From a virus: DNA of 64,000 nt. Below the pieces are notes generated by a model, which made no database searches, was not told the origin of the DNA, and saw nothing but the letters and a program-made list of their open reading frames with translations. The position numbers were made by a program, and so were the translations under genes. Positions 25,362-35,220 of this stretch are shown here, in pieces (position 1 is the first letter of the stretch; every line of letters starts with the position of its first letter). The stretch is taken from IMG/VR virus record IMGVR_UViG_3300045988_122538; one strand, 5' to 3'.

Positions 25362-27306
25362 CATCACAGATCTATCGCTACCTGAAAGAATTCAAAAGAT
25401 ATTTTCGAGCTGTAATGAAGTAGAACAGTCATACTTGCTTCAAATTCTAGAAGAATTGAGTGAGTCGGATTGTGGATACTCTAAAACATATGAAGACATA
25501 TGGTTATCTGATTACAAAGAGATACCAGTAGACATTGACACATTCTTAGATTCTGAAACATATCTAGGAAAAACTAACAGATGCGGTAAGGCTGTATTTC
25601 CATTTTGGCGTACAGAGTTGAGGAACTTCTTCAATGCTGGTAATCAATTTCATGAATGGATTCTAACAGGAGCTACTCGTATTGGTAAATCATCTACTGG
25701 TATATCAGCAACATCATACATGTTGTATAGATTGATGTGTTTGCGAGATCCTCAAAAATACTTCAATAAGAAAGACGTATCTAAGTTTTCTATACTGTTT
25801 TTCAACATTACAAAAGACTTGGCAAAGGGTGTAGCTTATCGTGAATTCAATGATACATTGAAAGCAAGCCCTTGGTTCAATGCACACGGAACCTTTTCTA
25901 GTAGTGAAAGAGATTTCTACTATATACCAGAGGGTGGAAAGATAATCATAGATTATGGTTCAGACGCTTCACATGGTCTAGGACAACAGGTATTTGTTGG
26001 GTTCATGGATGAGTGTAACTTCAGCAAAGCAGGTGTTAAAGACGTTAACAAAGCAAAATCACATATGAAAGAAACTTACAACACAATATCAGCCCGTGTT
26101 AAAGGTACATTTAAGCATGGTGGTGAAGTATTCGGAAAGATATTCGCTGTAAGCTCTAAACGTAGTGATAGTGATTTCATGGAAGCTTATGTGCAAGAGC
26201 AGTTAGATGCTGGTGCAGGCGATCATATGTATATATCTGATGCACCTCAGTGGGAAGTACTTCCTAAAGATACATTTGCAAGTGAAACATTCTACATTGC
26301 AGTTGGTGACAGATATCATAAGGGTTTTGTAGTACCTGATAATCAATGTTTTCCTGAAGCACTTGATGATTTACGAAAGCAAGGTTATAAAATACTGGAA
26401 CCACCAGTTGATATGAAATCTGATTTCTTAGCTGACTTTGAGATTGCATTGAGAGATCTTGCTGGTATTGCAGTAACAGGTGCATTGTCTTTCATAACAC
26501 AAGCAGCTATAACTCCTTGTATTTCTAAGACTCGAAAAAATCCTTTCTATTCTGATATTTTAGAAATTGGTACAAAGGATAATTTCAGTATCGAAGAATT
26601 TTTCCATATGAAAGAAGTTCCACCTGAACTCAAACGAATACCTATATTTATACATCTTGACTTGTCACTTACTACTGACCGAACAGGTATATCAGGCGGT
26701 GGTATAACAGGTCGTAAAGATATTGTAAATAAGGATGGTGCTAAAGTATCAATGCCGTTCTTATCGCATCTGTTTTCAGTAGCTATTCAAGCTCCAAGAG
26801 GTGATAAGATTGCATATGGTAAAATAGTTGCATTTATATGTTGGTTGCGTAAATCTGGATTCCATATTGAGCGTATAAGTCGAGATCAATTTCAAAGTGA
26901 ATATCTTGCACAAGAGCTTGAACAAAAGGGCTTCACAGTAGATAAGATATCACTTGATAGAACGTCAGACGGATACACAGCATTACGTTCTGTATTGTTA
27001 GAAGAGCGTATAGATCAACTTGATCATAAACTTCTACAAGATGAACTTGTACATCTACAGCGAGATAGTGTAACTGATAGAGTAGACCACCCTGCCGGCG
27101 GTAGTAAGGATGTTGCTGATAGTCATGCAGGTTGGGTATGGAACGCAATACGTCATAATCCAGGAATTACTATTCCAGCTAAAAAGGTTGTATCAGCAAT
27201 AGCAGCTGTCAACCAAAATACTAATCGTCAACGTGGGGCAACTCTTCCGAGTATGTTCCCTGGATTGAATACAATCAATACGTCTAAAAACAAATTCAAA
27301 CGATGA
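25351..27306 (+). CDS. terL: terminase large subunit
   Basis: Walker A LTGATRIGKSSTG and Walker B VGFMDECNF. C-terminal nuclease-type acidic motifs IHLDLSLTTDRTG and DHPAGGSKDVADS. TTG start after GGTGG. Confidence 0.85.
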   Translation: MQNNITDLSLPERIQKIFSSCNEVEQSYLLQILEELSESDCGYSKTYEDIWLSDYKEIPVDIDTFLDSETYLGKTNRCGKAVFPFWRTELRNFFNAGNQFHEWILTGATRIGKSSTGISATSYMLYRLMCLRDPQKYFNKKDVSKFSILFFNITKDLAKGVAYREFNDTLKASPWFNAHGTFSSSERDFYYIPEGGKIIIDYGSDASHGLGQQVFVGFMDECNFSKAGVKDVNKAKSHMKETYNTISARVKGTFKHGGEVFGKIFAVSSKRSDSDFMEAYVQEQLDAGAGDHMYISDAPQWEVLPKDTFASETFYIAVGDRYHKGFVVPDNQCFPEALDDLRKQGYKILEPPVDMKSDFLADFEIALRDLAGIAVTGALSFITQAAITPCISKTRKNPFYSDILEIGTKDNFSIEEFFHMKEVPPELKRIPIFIHLDLSLTTDRTGISGGGITGRKDIVNKDGAKVSMPFLSHLFSVAIQAPRGDKIAYGKIVAFICWLRKSGFHIERISRDQFQSEYLAQELEQKGFTVDKISLDRTSDGYTALRSVLLEERIDQLDHKLLQDELVHLQRDSVTDRVDHPAGGSKDVADSHAGWVWNAIRHNPGITIPAKKVVSAIAAVNQNTNRQRGATLPSMFPGLNTINTSKNKFKR

Positions 27307-28892
27307 AAGGTATGATTACTATGAAAATGAGAAACCTTCTCAAACCCGGAGATTTTGTAACCTTAGTTCCTGCTGGTATACACATTACACTTCAGTACAA
27401 TGCTGAAGGTAATCTTGAAAAAGTATACACAGGATTTCAGTCAGATAGGGTTGACTGTTCTAATGAATTGCGTACTTTATTGGTTCAGAATCATACAGTA
27501 CCAGGTACTGTGCACATCAAAAGAGGTACAAGTTGGGTACGTGGTGTGCTATATACAAATGCTGTACAAAATGCACCTGGCAAGCTTCCAGCTTGTATTC
27601 AACAGTCATTGATGAAATTGTATCATTCAAATCCGTCGCAATTCAATTTCTTTGCAGCTACATTTGAAAGTACAATGACTGATTTCAAAGGAGCTACTCC
27701 TACTCGTCATGCACTGTCTATGTCAAAGTTTAAGCTGCTGCCAGGTTGGCTTGTTCCTGGTAATGTTACAGATAATTTGACTGACACATGGGTAAATAGC
27801 CCACAGTTTACGTTCAATAAGATAGTAACTGATTACATTATCTTTCACAGAGGCAAAGTGAATTATCTATCTGCTAATTCTTCACAGTTCATTGTCAATA
27901 AAGTAGTTAGATATACAGACGATAATGGATATGTTAAGGGTAGAATTTATCAAGACGTAAAAAGTCCTATCAGTGTTGATTATTCTGATATTGTACGTTT
28001 TGATATACAGCCTAATACACTAGTTGTATTAGATTCCGAAAATCAGATAATGCTTACTAAACCTACTGATAATAAAAAGCGTGATAAAAGATCTCGTACT
28101 ATTACTTGTAAGTATTGTGGTAAGTCTTATCAATCACCTTTATTTGGTACAGTTCAATGCCCAGATACACATTGCGTATCAAAGATGCTTCCTAATATCA
28201 GACAGTTCTTATCAAAACTGAATTTAACAGTTCCATCTAATGAAGAAATTCATAAGTGGTTAGAAGATAAAACTATCCTGTGTATACCCGATATCTTATT
28301 ACTTCCAGATTATCAACATTTGCAGATAGAGGTATCATTATCATCTCTATTACGTGCAATAGTACCAATTTCTGCTGTTCCTAGAGATGATATATTTGTT
28401 CTGTTTGCAAATGCATGCACAAACAATGCTAGAACAATGCGTTATTATGTTACTAATCCTGCACTCATTACTGCAGATTTAGGGCTAAATCATGCTGATT
28501 TGCCGAAATTGCTAAATTGGTTCAACGATAATTGCAATGCATCTGATGTTCAATCTTTACTAGATGCACCTCAATTCATTTTCAAGGACAAAGATAAACG
28601 TTTTGACGGACCGCCTATCTTCCGTAACAAAGTAATCTTCTTGACTGGTGATTTTATAAGAGGTAATTTTGCTGAAATCTCAGCTATCCTCCAAAGTTAT
28701 TCAGCAAGAGTAACTCTACAATTCACAGATGATGTTCATTGTGTACTTATTGGTGGTAAGCATGAAAACATTGACGGTAGAGCAATCAATGCTGCACACA
28801 ATTTAGGTATATCTGTTATGCAAGAAGAGGATTTCTTCAAGTATTATCAAATTGATGAAGACCTCAAAGCGAACCTTGTATATAAACAGTAA
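27303..28892 (+). CDS. LigA-like protein lacking ligase catalytic residues (NTase-like, C4 zinc finger, BRCT)
   Basis: LVPAGIHITLQYNAEGNLEKVYTGFQSD...WVRGVLYT parallels LigA KLDGLA...TRGDG...VRGEV, but without the Lys, RGDG or Glu. Zinc finger CKYCGKSYQSPLFGTVQCPDTHC. BRCT-like VIFLTGDFIRGNFAEISAILQSYSARV...VLIGG...LGISVMQEEDFF. Confidence 0.6.
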   Translation: MKGMITMKMRNLLKPGDFVTLVPAGIHITLQYNAEGNLEKVYTGFQSDRVDCSNELRTLLVQNHTVPGTVHIKRGTSWVRGVLYTNAVQNAPGKLPACIQQSLMKLYHSNPSQFNFFAATFESTMTDFKGATPTRHALSMSKFKLLPGWLVPGNVTDNLTDTWVNSPQFTFNKIVTDYIIFHRGKVNYLSANSSQFIVNKVVRYTDDNGYVKGRIYQDVKSPISVDYSDIVRFDIQPNTLVVLDSENQIMLTKPTDNKKRDKRSRTITCKYCGKSYQSPLFGTVQCPDTHCVSKMLPNIRQFLSKLNLTVPSNEEIHKWLEDKTILCIPDILLLPDYQHLQIEVSLSSLLRAIVPISAVPRDDIFVLFANACTNNARTMRYYVTNPALITADLGLNHADLPKLLNWFNDNCNASDVQSLLDAPQFIFKDKDKRFDGPPIFRNKVIFLTGDFIRGNFAEISAILQSYSARVTLQFTDDVHCVLIGGKHENIDGRAINAAHNLGISVMQEEDFFKYYQIDEDLKANLVYKQ

Positions 28893-28904
28893 GGAGTGAT
28901 ATTG

Positions 28905-30395
28905 ATGTCAAGAATTGTTGATAGATTGTTAAGACGTGGTAAGAAGTACAACAAGACAGTATCGTGGCTCCGTAATGTTACATCAGGATCATTCCTGAAA
29001 ATGTCAGATTTACGTGGTGCTACAAGTATTGATGATATAAAGACTAAAATTGATACAATGCGTGCTTTAGCAAAGGATTCTCAGATAAGCACAGCATTGT
29101 CGTATTATGCTACAGATGCTACTACAACAAATACGAAGGGTCAAATTATATGGGCAGATTCTAAAGATAAGAATTGTGCAAACATTATAAATGGACTTTT
29201 CAAACGATGGAATGTAAATATGTATGTTCGAGATCATATACTTGAACTTGCTACTATTGGTAATTTCTATATGCCAACTACTTGGATGTATAATGCACCT
29301 TCTAAACAAACCATTCATGTTGGAGTAGGGCTTGATAACAATACTATCCCTGATGATAAGTATGACATTATTCCAGCTTATATGATACCACCTGAAGATA
29401 TTATTCATATTTGGTATCAAGGTAAGCCACAAGGTTATATTTATCAGCCTGAGGATGGTGTACAAGACTATATTTCATATCCTGAGGATGCTGTTATACA
29501 CTTCTCATTAGGCGGATTATTAGGTGAGTATACAATTGATACTCGTAATTCTGACGGTGATGAAGAAACATTTGATATTCAATTTGCTGAACCTCTTATG
29601 AGTAATGCCGTATCTCCTACACAGACATTAAGTTTGTTGGAGGACTCATTGTTGTTAGCTTCTTTGATAAGAACTATTAAGTTCATAAATGTAGATTGTC
29701 AAGACGCTGAGGAAGAAGAAGTTCAAGATATACTTCAGCGTATGAAGGATATTGTTGAACAGCAGATTTCTATAAATACTGCTACAGGTGATGCTCAAAG
29801 TTTCGTCAATCCACAAAGTCCTAACAATCTTGTTTACTTAGCAAAGGTAAACGGAAATGATGCTATATCTGTAACTGATCTTAACATGGCAGAAGCTACT
29901 GAAGCTGATAATAAATTGCTTGATTACTATCAGAACAAGAAGCTATCTGTACTCGGTGTTCCAAAGGAAGCGATGAACTTCTCTTCTGCAGAGGGTCTAG
30001 GTAATGCAGGTACTGTAATGTCACAGCGTTCTGCTCTTTATGCTAACATCTTAAATCGTCTTATGACTGCATATAAAGAGGGATGGCGTACAGCTCTTAA
30101 TGCTTATTTCAAAGTAAACGGTTACAGCGGATATGTTGATAACTTTGAACTTCACATGAATCCTATAGTTACAACACAGTCTACTGTACAATTTGAAAAG
30201 CGAGATGCTGCATTGAACCAAGCAACTACACTTGTACAGCTACTCAGAGATACAGGAGTTAGTCATAAAGAAGCTTATACAATAGCACTTACTGAGATAC
30301 TTTCAGAGGTATTTCCTCAGATTGGTTCTGATATACCTACTTGGGACATAGCTTCAGAAGCAACAGGAGAAGGAGGCGGCGATGATGTTCTCTAA
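28905..30395 (+). CDS. putative portal protein
   Basis: About 496 aa, in the packaging operon downstream of TerL, with an acidic C-terminus. AGGAG at 28892-28896 supports ATG 28905. The call is positional and size-based. Confidence 0.5.
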   Translation: MSRIVDRLLRRGKKYNKTVSWLRNVTSGSFLKMSDLRGATSIDDIKTKIDTMRALAKDSQISTALSYYATDATTTNTKGQIIWADSKDKNCANIINGLFKRWNVNMYVRDHILELATIGNFYMPTTWMYNAPSKQTIHVGVGLDNNTIPDDKYDIIPAYMIPPEDIIHIWYQGKPQGYIYQPEDGVQDYISYPEDAVIHFSLGGLLGEYTIDTRNSDGDEETFDIQFAEPLMSNAVSPTQTLSLLEDSLLLASLIRTIKFINVDCQDAEEEEVQDILQRMKDIVEQQISINTATGDAQSFVNPQSPNNLVYLAKVNGNDAISVTDLNMAEATEADNKLLDYYQNKKLSVLGVPKEAMNFSSAEGLGNAGTVMSQRSALYANILNRLMTAYKEGWRTALNAYFKVNGYSGYVDNFELHMNPIVTTQSTVQFEKRDAALNQATTLVQLLRDTGVSHKEAYTIALTEILSEVFPQIGSDIPTWDIASEATGEGGGDDVL

Positions 30396-30747
30396 TCCTA
30401 AATTATTATCACATCAGTTCTTCAGTGAATTGAAGCAATACAATAGTACAAACTTCAAAGCTCTTCATACTGCACAACTTACAGAAGATGACCCTGTAAT
30501 TATGAAGGCATTTAGTAGTGTTATCACACGATTCTTTATCTTTTGTGAAAAGCATCCTGAGTTGTCTGAAACTGAGCGTAGAATGCTTTATTTTCAGTTA
30601 AAGGTGGATATGATAGCTCGTTTCTTCTCTAACTATCCAAATACAAATACTGATGATTTAGTAGCATTTCAAACTGAATTGCGTTACTTTGTTAAAGAAA
30701 ATGAAAACGGTGGTGATAAAAATGCTGAGTCAGCCATTGCAGTATAA
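30382..30747 (+). CDS. hypothetical protein
   Basis: 121-codon ORF with AGGAGG 5 nt upstream. Overlaps the end of the portal gene. Confidence 0.55.
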   Translation: MMFSNPKLLSHQFFSELKQYNSTNFKALHTAQLTEDDPVIMKAFSSVITRFFIFCEKHPELSETERRMLYFQLKVDMIARFFSNYPNTNTDDLVAFQTELRYFVKENENGGDKNAESAIAV

Positions 30748-31333
30748 CATCTCAGATTGGCATCAGTTATCTGATGCCAAATCTAATAATAGTAGAGATT
30801 TGAGTATCTCTGTTTCTGATATCATACAGGATGCTAGGCTTACTGGACTTAGAATTCAATTAAATCATACTCAATTTGGTGTGCTATTTGCTTGTGTATT
30901 GAACGCACAGGGTAGTATGGTTACAGAATTCAATGAAAATCTTGTTGTTGAATTTACTACAAAACAGATTCTTGCTGAGCTTAAGAAATACGGTTTCTTG
31001 ATTACGTTTGAACCTAGGGCACATCTTCCCGGTAATCAGATTCAATATCTAATGACATTAAAGGGACTAGGCTATGATAAGCTCAGAATAATGAATGTTT
31101 ATAAGTACAACATTCAAGGAACAAAACAATTTCAGTGGTATGTTATAGCATTCAATATTCATGATGAAAATTGGCTTAATAATGGATATTCAATTTCAGA
31201 GACTGAATTCATGAAAGCTCTTAAAGATGGTAGATGCATAAATATATCTGCTATTAGTAAGACTCAAAGATGGTCATGGAGTTGGTTAGACTATGTAGCT
31301 AACATTGATGACATATTGGAGGATAACGCATGA
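30722..31333 (+). CDS. hypothetical protein
   Basis: GGTGGTGA at 30709-30716 supports ATG 30722. The track start TTG 30689 has no SD. Confidence 0.55.
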   Translation: MLSQPLQYNISDWHQLSDAKSNNSRDLSISVSDIIQDARLTGLRIQLNHTQFGVLFACVLNAQGSMVTEFNENLVVEFTTKQILAELKKYGFLITFEPRAHLPGNQIQYLMTLKGLGYDKLRIMNVYKYNIQGTKQFQWYVIAFNIHDENWLNNGYSISETEFMKALKDGRCINISAISKTQRWSWSWLDYVANIDDILEDNA

Positions 31334-31572
31334 GAGATAAGTTCAACAAAGAGCATGTATTGAGTTTGTGCAAACCTGGTGACTATGGTATAATGGCACC
31401 GCCTATGGATGCTCAAGTTGCATTGCAGGAATTGTGTCGATACTTTTTAGGTAAAGATTGGTATGATAGTTCTGGTGCAAGTAATCCAGAGCAGGTAAAC
31501 ACAGCAATTGTTGCTGAAATTGAGATGAATTACAGAGGTGCTAAATTAAAGCGTAAAGTAGTATATGAATGA
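31330..31572 (+). CDS. hypothetical protein
   Basis: 80-codon ORF with GGAGG 8 nt upstream. Confidence 0.5.
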   Translation: MRDKFNKEHVLSLCKPGDYGIMAPPMDAQVALQELCRYFLGKDWYDSSGASNPEQVNTAIVAEIEMNYRGAKLKRKVVYE

Positions 31573-31584
31573 GTGGTGATATTG

Positions 31585-32124
31585 ATGTCTATCAATCTTA
31601 TAGGCGAAGATATAAAACTTATGAGAGCTAGATACAATGAAGCTCTCGAAATGCAAGGAATACCTTGTAAGTATCAATTTCCTAATATGGCTACTACAAA
31701 TGAACAAGGAGAACCTCTAGTAGACAGTTATTCTGATATGATTGATACTCATATATTCTTTGAAGGGTCTCCTAAAGTAAAAACATTCAAGCGTTTAGGT
31801 TGGGTAGTTGAAAATGATAAGGACTTACCGTTCTTGCTCCATTGTAGTTTTGATTTGCCTAACTTACAAAAAGATAGTCTATTTCATATGTCAGGTCAAT
31901 ACACAGGTATGCCTGATAGAACATTCAGAGTAACTGAGCTCACATGCGATTTTCAAGCACCTGATCATATGATTGCACAAGTAGTGCCTGTATATGATAA
32001 AAAACAGACTGTTGGTCGCACTAAGAAAGAGCGTCAGAATACATTTAAGACAAGCAACCATTTCTTAACAGAACCTGTAGATTATAGAGGTCAGTATATA
32101 TCTGAACAAGAAGGTGAGCAGTAA
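31585..32124 (+). CDS. hypothetical virion (neck/connector) protein by position
   Basis: GGTGA at 31575-31579 supports ATG 31585. Located between the portal and the sheath. Confidence 0.4.
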   Translation: MSINLIGEDIKLMRARYNEALEMQGIPCKYQFPNMATTNEQGEPLVDSYSDMIDTHIFFEGSPKVKTFKRLGWVVENDKDLPFLLHCSFDLPNLQKDSLFHMSGQYTGMPDRTFRVTELTCDFQAPDHMIAQVVPVYDKKQTVGRTKKERQNTFKTSNHFLTEPVDYRGQYISEQEGEQ

Positions 32125-32741
32125 TGATATATCTATATGATGAAGCAATTGTAAATGATTTGAAAAATTCATTCAATCCAAATGCAGTAGAAAATCCTGT
32201 TGTAAGTGTTGTATCACCTGACAAAGTTATTGATATAGCTGCACAGCTACAGAATGATGAGATAACATTTCCGATAGTGGCATTGACACGAAATGATGAT
32301 ATCTCTATTGATACAAATCTTACAAACTTCACTCGTATGCATAAAGGTGTAGCGGCTGTTATAGATCCTAAAACTAATAATCTGTATTATGAACATGCAA
32401 TTCCGCTGAACCTCGAATATTCATTAACTGTACTTGCTACTAATACTGCTGATATGGATGAGCTAATACGAGAGCTAATATTCAAATACACAAGAATGTA
32501 TTTCTTGACAATAACATTACCATATGAAGGTCAACGAAAAGTACGGTTTGGTGTAACAATAAATTCTGATTCTGCTATTGAACGATCATCTGGTGTTGTA
32601 GAATATTTAGAATCAGGGCAGATATATCAGTCAATAATTCGATTGAAATGTGAGGGTTGTGTATATGTGAAGTATACACCTGTACATCTCAAACGTACTG
32701 CTCATGAAATTGTCCCAGCAGTGCCTACTAAAAGTAAGTAA
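32124..32741 (+). CDS. hypothetical virion protein; possible tail completion/terminator protein by position
   Basis: 205-codon ORF with a TAATG overlap. It is the last sizeable gene before the sheath. Confidence 0.35.
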   Translation: MIYLYDEAIVNDLKNSFNPNAVENPVVSVVSPDKVIDIAAQLQNDEITFPIVALTRNDDISIDTNLTNFTRMHKGVAAVIDPKTNNLYYEHAIPLNLEYSLTVLATNTADMDELIRELIFKYTRMYFLTITLPYEGQRKVRFGVTINSDSAIERSSGVVEYLESGQIYQSIIRLKCEGCVYVKYTPVHLKRTAHEIVPAVPTKSK

Positions 32742-32750
32742 ACCTTATAT
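32741..32750 (+). promoter_or_regulatory. AACCTTATAT box (candidate phage middle/late promoter element)
   Basis: Exact 10-mer, 28 nt upstream of ATG 32779. Identical copies occur at 36597-36606 and 60718-60727. Confidence 0.35.
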
Positions 32751-32778
32751 ATCTACATAACATAGTGAGGTGAGAAGT

Positions 32779-33033
32779 ATGATTTATAAAAATTTGTCAT
32801 TCACCACAAAAACTTTTTATGGTGTGACATTCAAGCCTGGCGAAGAGCATGAAGTGCCTGGTTATATCAACCATCCAAAGTTTTTGAGATTGACGGCCTT
32901 CTCTGCCAAACATGATGATCAGAAAAATCCTGAGAAGGATACTAAATCTGAATCTTCTAAGAAAACTACAACGTCGTCTAAGACAACGACTAAAAAGGAG
33001 GTAAATTTAGATGGCGCAAATAACAATCAATGA
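32779..33033 (+). CDS. hypothetical protein (Lys/Ser/Thr-rich C-terminus)
   Basis: GAGGTGA at 32767-32773 supports ATG 32779. Overlaps the sheath start. Confidence 0.5.
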   Translation: MIYKNLSFTTKTFYGVTFKPGEEHEVPGYINHPKFLRLTAFSAKHDDQKNPEKDTKSESSKKTTTSSKTTTKKEVNLDGANNNQ

Positions 33034-35104
33034 GATCAGTCAGAATTACACATATAATATCGGCAGTAACGCTTTTGCTACTGTAGCATTGCCTATTACT
33101 GCTATGTGGGGTCCTGCATATATGGAGCCTACTACAATGGGTGTAACTAAAGACGAGATGCTCGAGATGACTACATGGAATCATTTTCCAGCTACTCAGT
33201 CTGGATTAGAGTCTTTTGTAGCTACTTACAGAGGTCCTGCATCAAATTTCAGAATGTACAATGATTATTCTTACCAGATGGCGATGACATTGCTTACAGC
33301 TGGTTATGACGTACTCGTATGTCGCGTGTGCCCAGGTACACTTGCTCAAGGTACATTGATTATCGATTCTGGAATGAATACTCCTCTTGCAGTGTCTGCA
33401 AAGTATCCTGGAACTTTTGGTAATCAGATCAGAGTTACACTTAAGAAGGTTACAAAGAAAGAATATGACTCTGTCAAAAAGACATATGTTGAACTTCCAT
33501 ATTACTGGAATGCTATTGTATATGTTTGTGATTCATCTGGAGTTCAGACTGCTGTAGAAAATCTGATATTTGTATTTGATATCAATAATTCTACAGATAA
33601 CATTCCGCACATCAGTGAAGTTGAATCTAAATTTATCACTTTTGCATATGATAACATTACATCAGACAATCAAAATCCGGCTGATGACTTGTCTTGTTAT
33701 TTAGCTGGTGGTACAGATAACATCAATTCGGTAACTTCAAAAGTTCCTACAGATGCTGTAAAGGGTGTCTACAACGGTCAGGAAAAATGGTTTACACCTA
33801 TCTACAAAGAACCAGCTAATTGGAATACTGTATATACTGATACAGTTACTTTTGTAGGGTATGCTGATGCAACTAATGAACCTACATTTGTAACAACATC
33901 AGCTGGTTCTCAAGGTAAGGCTCCTGAATTCCGAGAAGGTGTTTATTACAATAAACTTGAAGTAGATGTATCTAATGAATTCTCGACAGAATTAACAAAA
34001 ATTGCAGTGATCCGTTATGGTGATGAGAAGGCTAATTATGTTGTTCAGTTGAAGAACGCTGCTGCTAATATTTCAGATATTACAAAGCTTACTTCTTTCT
34101 ATCACATGGAATGGATCTATAATGCTGCTTGTGATGTTTATGATCTGCTTAAGGATAAGCTCAATTATAATCCACAGCGTATTATCAGCCCAGGTTGGGA
34201 TGATCAGGATTACTTGAAGCTTACAGGTGATTATGGTACTGTTTTCCAAGTATCTCCTATTCACCAGAAAATCCTTGAAGTTTCATATTACAGTAGATGT
34301 GCTGCTGGTATGATCGACATCCCTCGTTCGTGTCCAAGACGTCTTGTGTACAATGATGATGTTGAAAATCCTGGATATGCTCAGATGCTGTCTCGCAATG
34401 AAGTACCAGCAGGCGGTAATGATGTAAACGCTGTATTGTTCAATACACATTGTGCATTGTTTGCACCTTGGGGTCAGTATAAGTATGTAGGTATGGGTAA
34501 GCAATGTATTGCTCCTCCTGCTTTACTTGCATTACTGATTCAACGAGCAATGATTCTAAATCAATCTTTGCAGTATGAATGGGCTCTTCCTACAAACAGA
34601 ACTCATAATCTAAACATCGGAAAGATGGATTATAAGGTTCCGAAGAAGCTGCTTGATATTTGGCAGAAGCTTGAAGGTGTAGGTGTAAACGTAATCACCG
34701 AGATTCCAGAACTTGGTTTAAGTATCTGGGGCAACTCTACATTATATGAAGTACCACCTGCAACTTATCAGGCACTTGCAAATCTATCTACTCGTTTCCT
34801 TGTAAATGCTGTAGAAGATATCGCATATAAGTGCGGTCTTGCTATCACATTCCAGTACAATAATGAACAAGCATACAATAAGTTCTATGCTGGTGTTACA
34901 CCAACTCTTGATACTATGAAGAATGTCGGTGCTATTGATGACTATTATGTCAAGATGGCTGCTGATATCAATGGTCTTGATCAAGTGAATGCTAACACAG
35001 TAATTGGTAAGATTTATCTTGTCATCAACGGTGTTATCAATGACATTATCATTGATCTTATTGCTCTCCCGCCTGGGACAGATCTAAATCAGTACAGATC
35101 ATAA
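33011..35104 (+). CDS. tail sheath protein
   Basis: 697 aa. The N-terminus MAQITINEISQNYTYNIGSNAFATVALPITAMWGP follows the sheath pattern (T4 gp18-like ...ALAGKFQWGP). A tube-sized gene follows. Expression-biased codons. Confidence 0.75.
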   Translation: MAQITINEISQNYTYNIGSNAFATVALPITAMWGPAYMEPTTMGVTKDEMLEMTTWNHFPATQSGLESFVATYRGPASNFRMYNDYSYQMAMTLLTAGYDVLVCRVCPGTLAQGTLIIDSGMNTPLAVSAKYPGTFGNQIRVTLKKVTKKEYDSVKKTYVELPYYWNAIVYVCDSSGVQTAVENLIFVFDINNSTDNIPHISEVESKFITFAYDNITSDNQNPADDLSCYLAGGTDNINSVTSKVPTDAVKGVYNGQEKWFTPIYKEPANWNTVYTDTVTFVGYADATNEPTFVTTSAGSQGKAPEFREGVYYNKLEVDVSNEFSTELTKIAVIRYGDEKANYVVQLKNAAANISDITKLTSFYHMEWIYNAACDVYDLLKDKLNYNPQRIISPGWDDQDYLKLTGDYGTVFQVSPIHQKILEVSYYSRCAAGMIDIPRSCPRRLVYNDDVENPGYAQMLSRNEVPAGGNDVNAVLFNTHCALFAPWGQYKYVGMGKQCIAPPALLALLIQRAMILNQSLQYEWALPTNRTHNLNIGKMDYKVPKKLLDIWQKLEGVGVNVITEIPELGLSIWGNSTLYEVPPATYQALANLSTRFLVNAVEDIAYKCGLAITFQYNNEQAYNKFYAGVTPTLDTMKNVGAIDDYYVKMAADINGLDQVNANTVIGKIYLVINGVINDIIIDLIALPPGTDLNQYRS

Positions 35105-35134
35105 GTAATGTCATATGAAAGTCTGTATAGAGAA

Positions 35135-35152
35135 TGCAACAGTATTGTTGCA
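35135..35152 (+). terminator. hairpin after the sheath gene (weak terminator or mRNA-stabilising element)
   Basis: TGCAACA-GTAT-TGTTGCA, a 7-bp stem. The downstream U-tract is poor. Confidence 0.3.
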
Positions 35153-35167
35153 ATTGTACTGATATAT

Positions 35168-35177
35168 GATCGTTATA
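35168..35177 (+). promoter_or_regulatory. ATCGTTATAT box (candidate promoter element)
   Basis: Exact 10-mer, 43 nt upstream of the tube gene. An identical copy occurs at 35770-35779. Confidence 0.3.
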
Positions 35178-35220
35178 TTGAATAATCAGTAAAAAATAAC
35201 TCATAGAAAGGAATGATATT

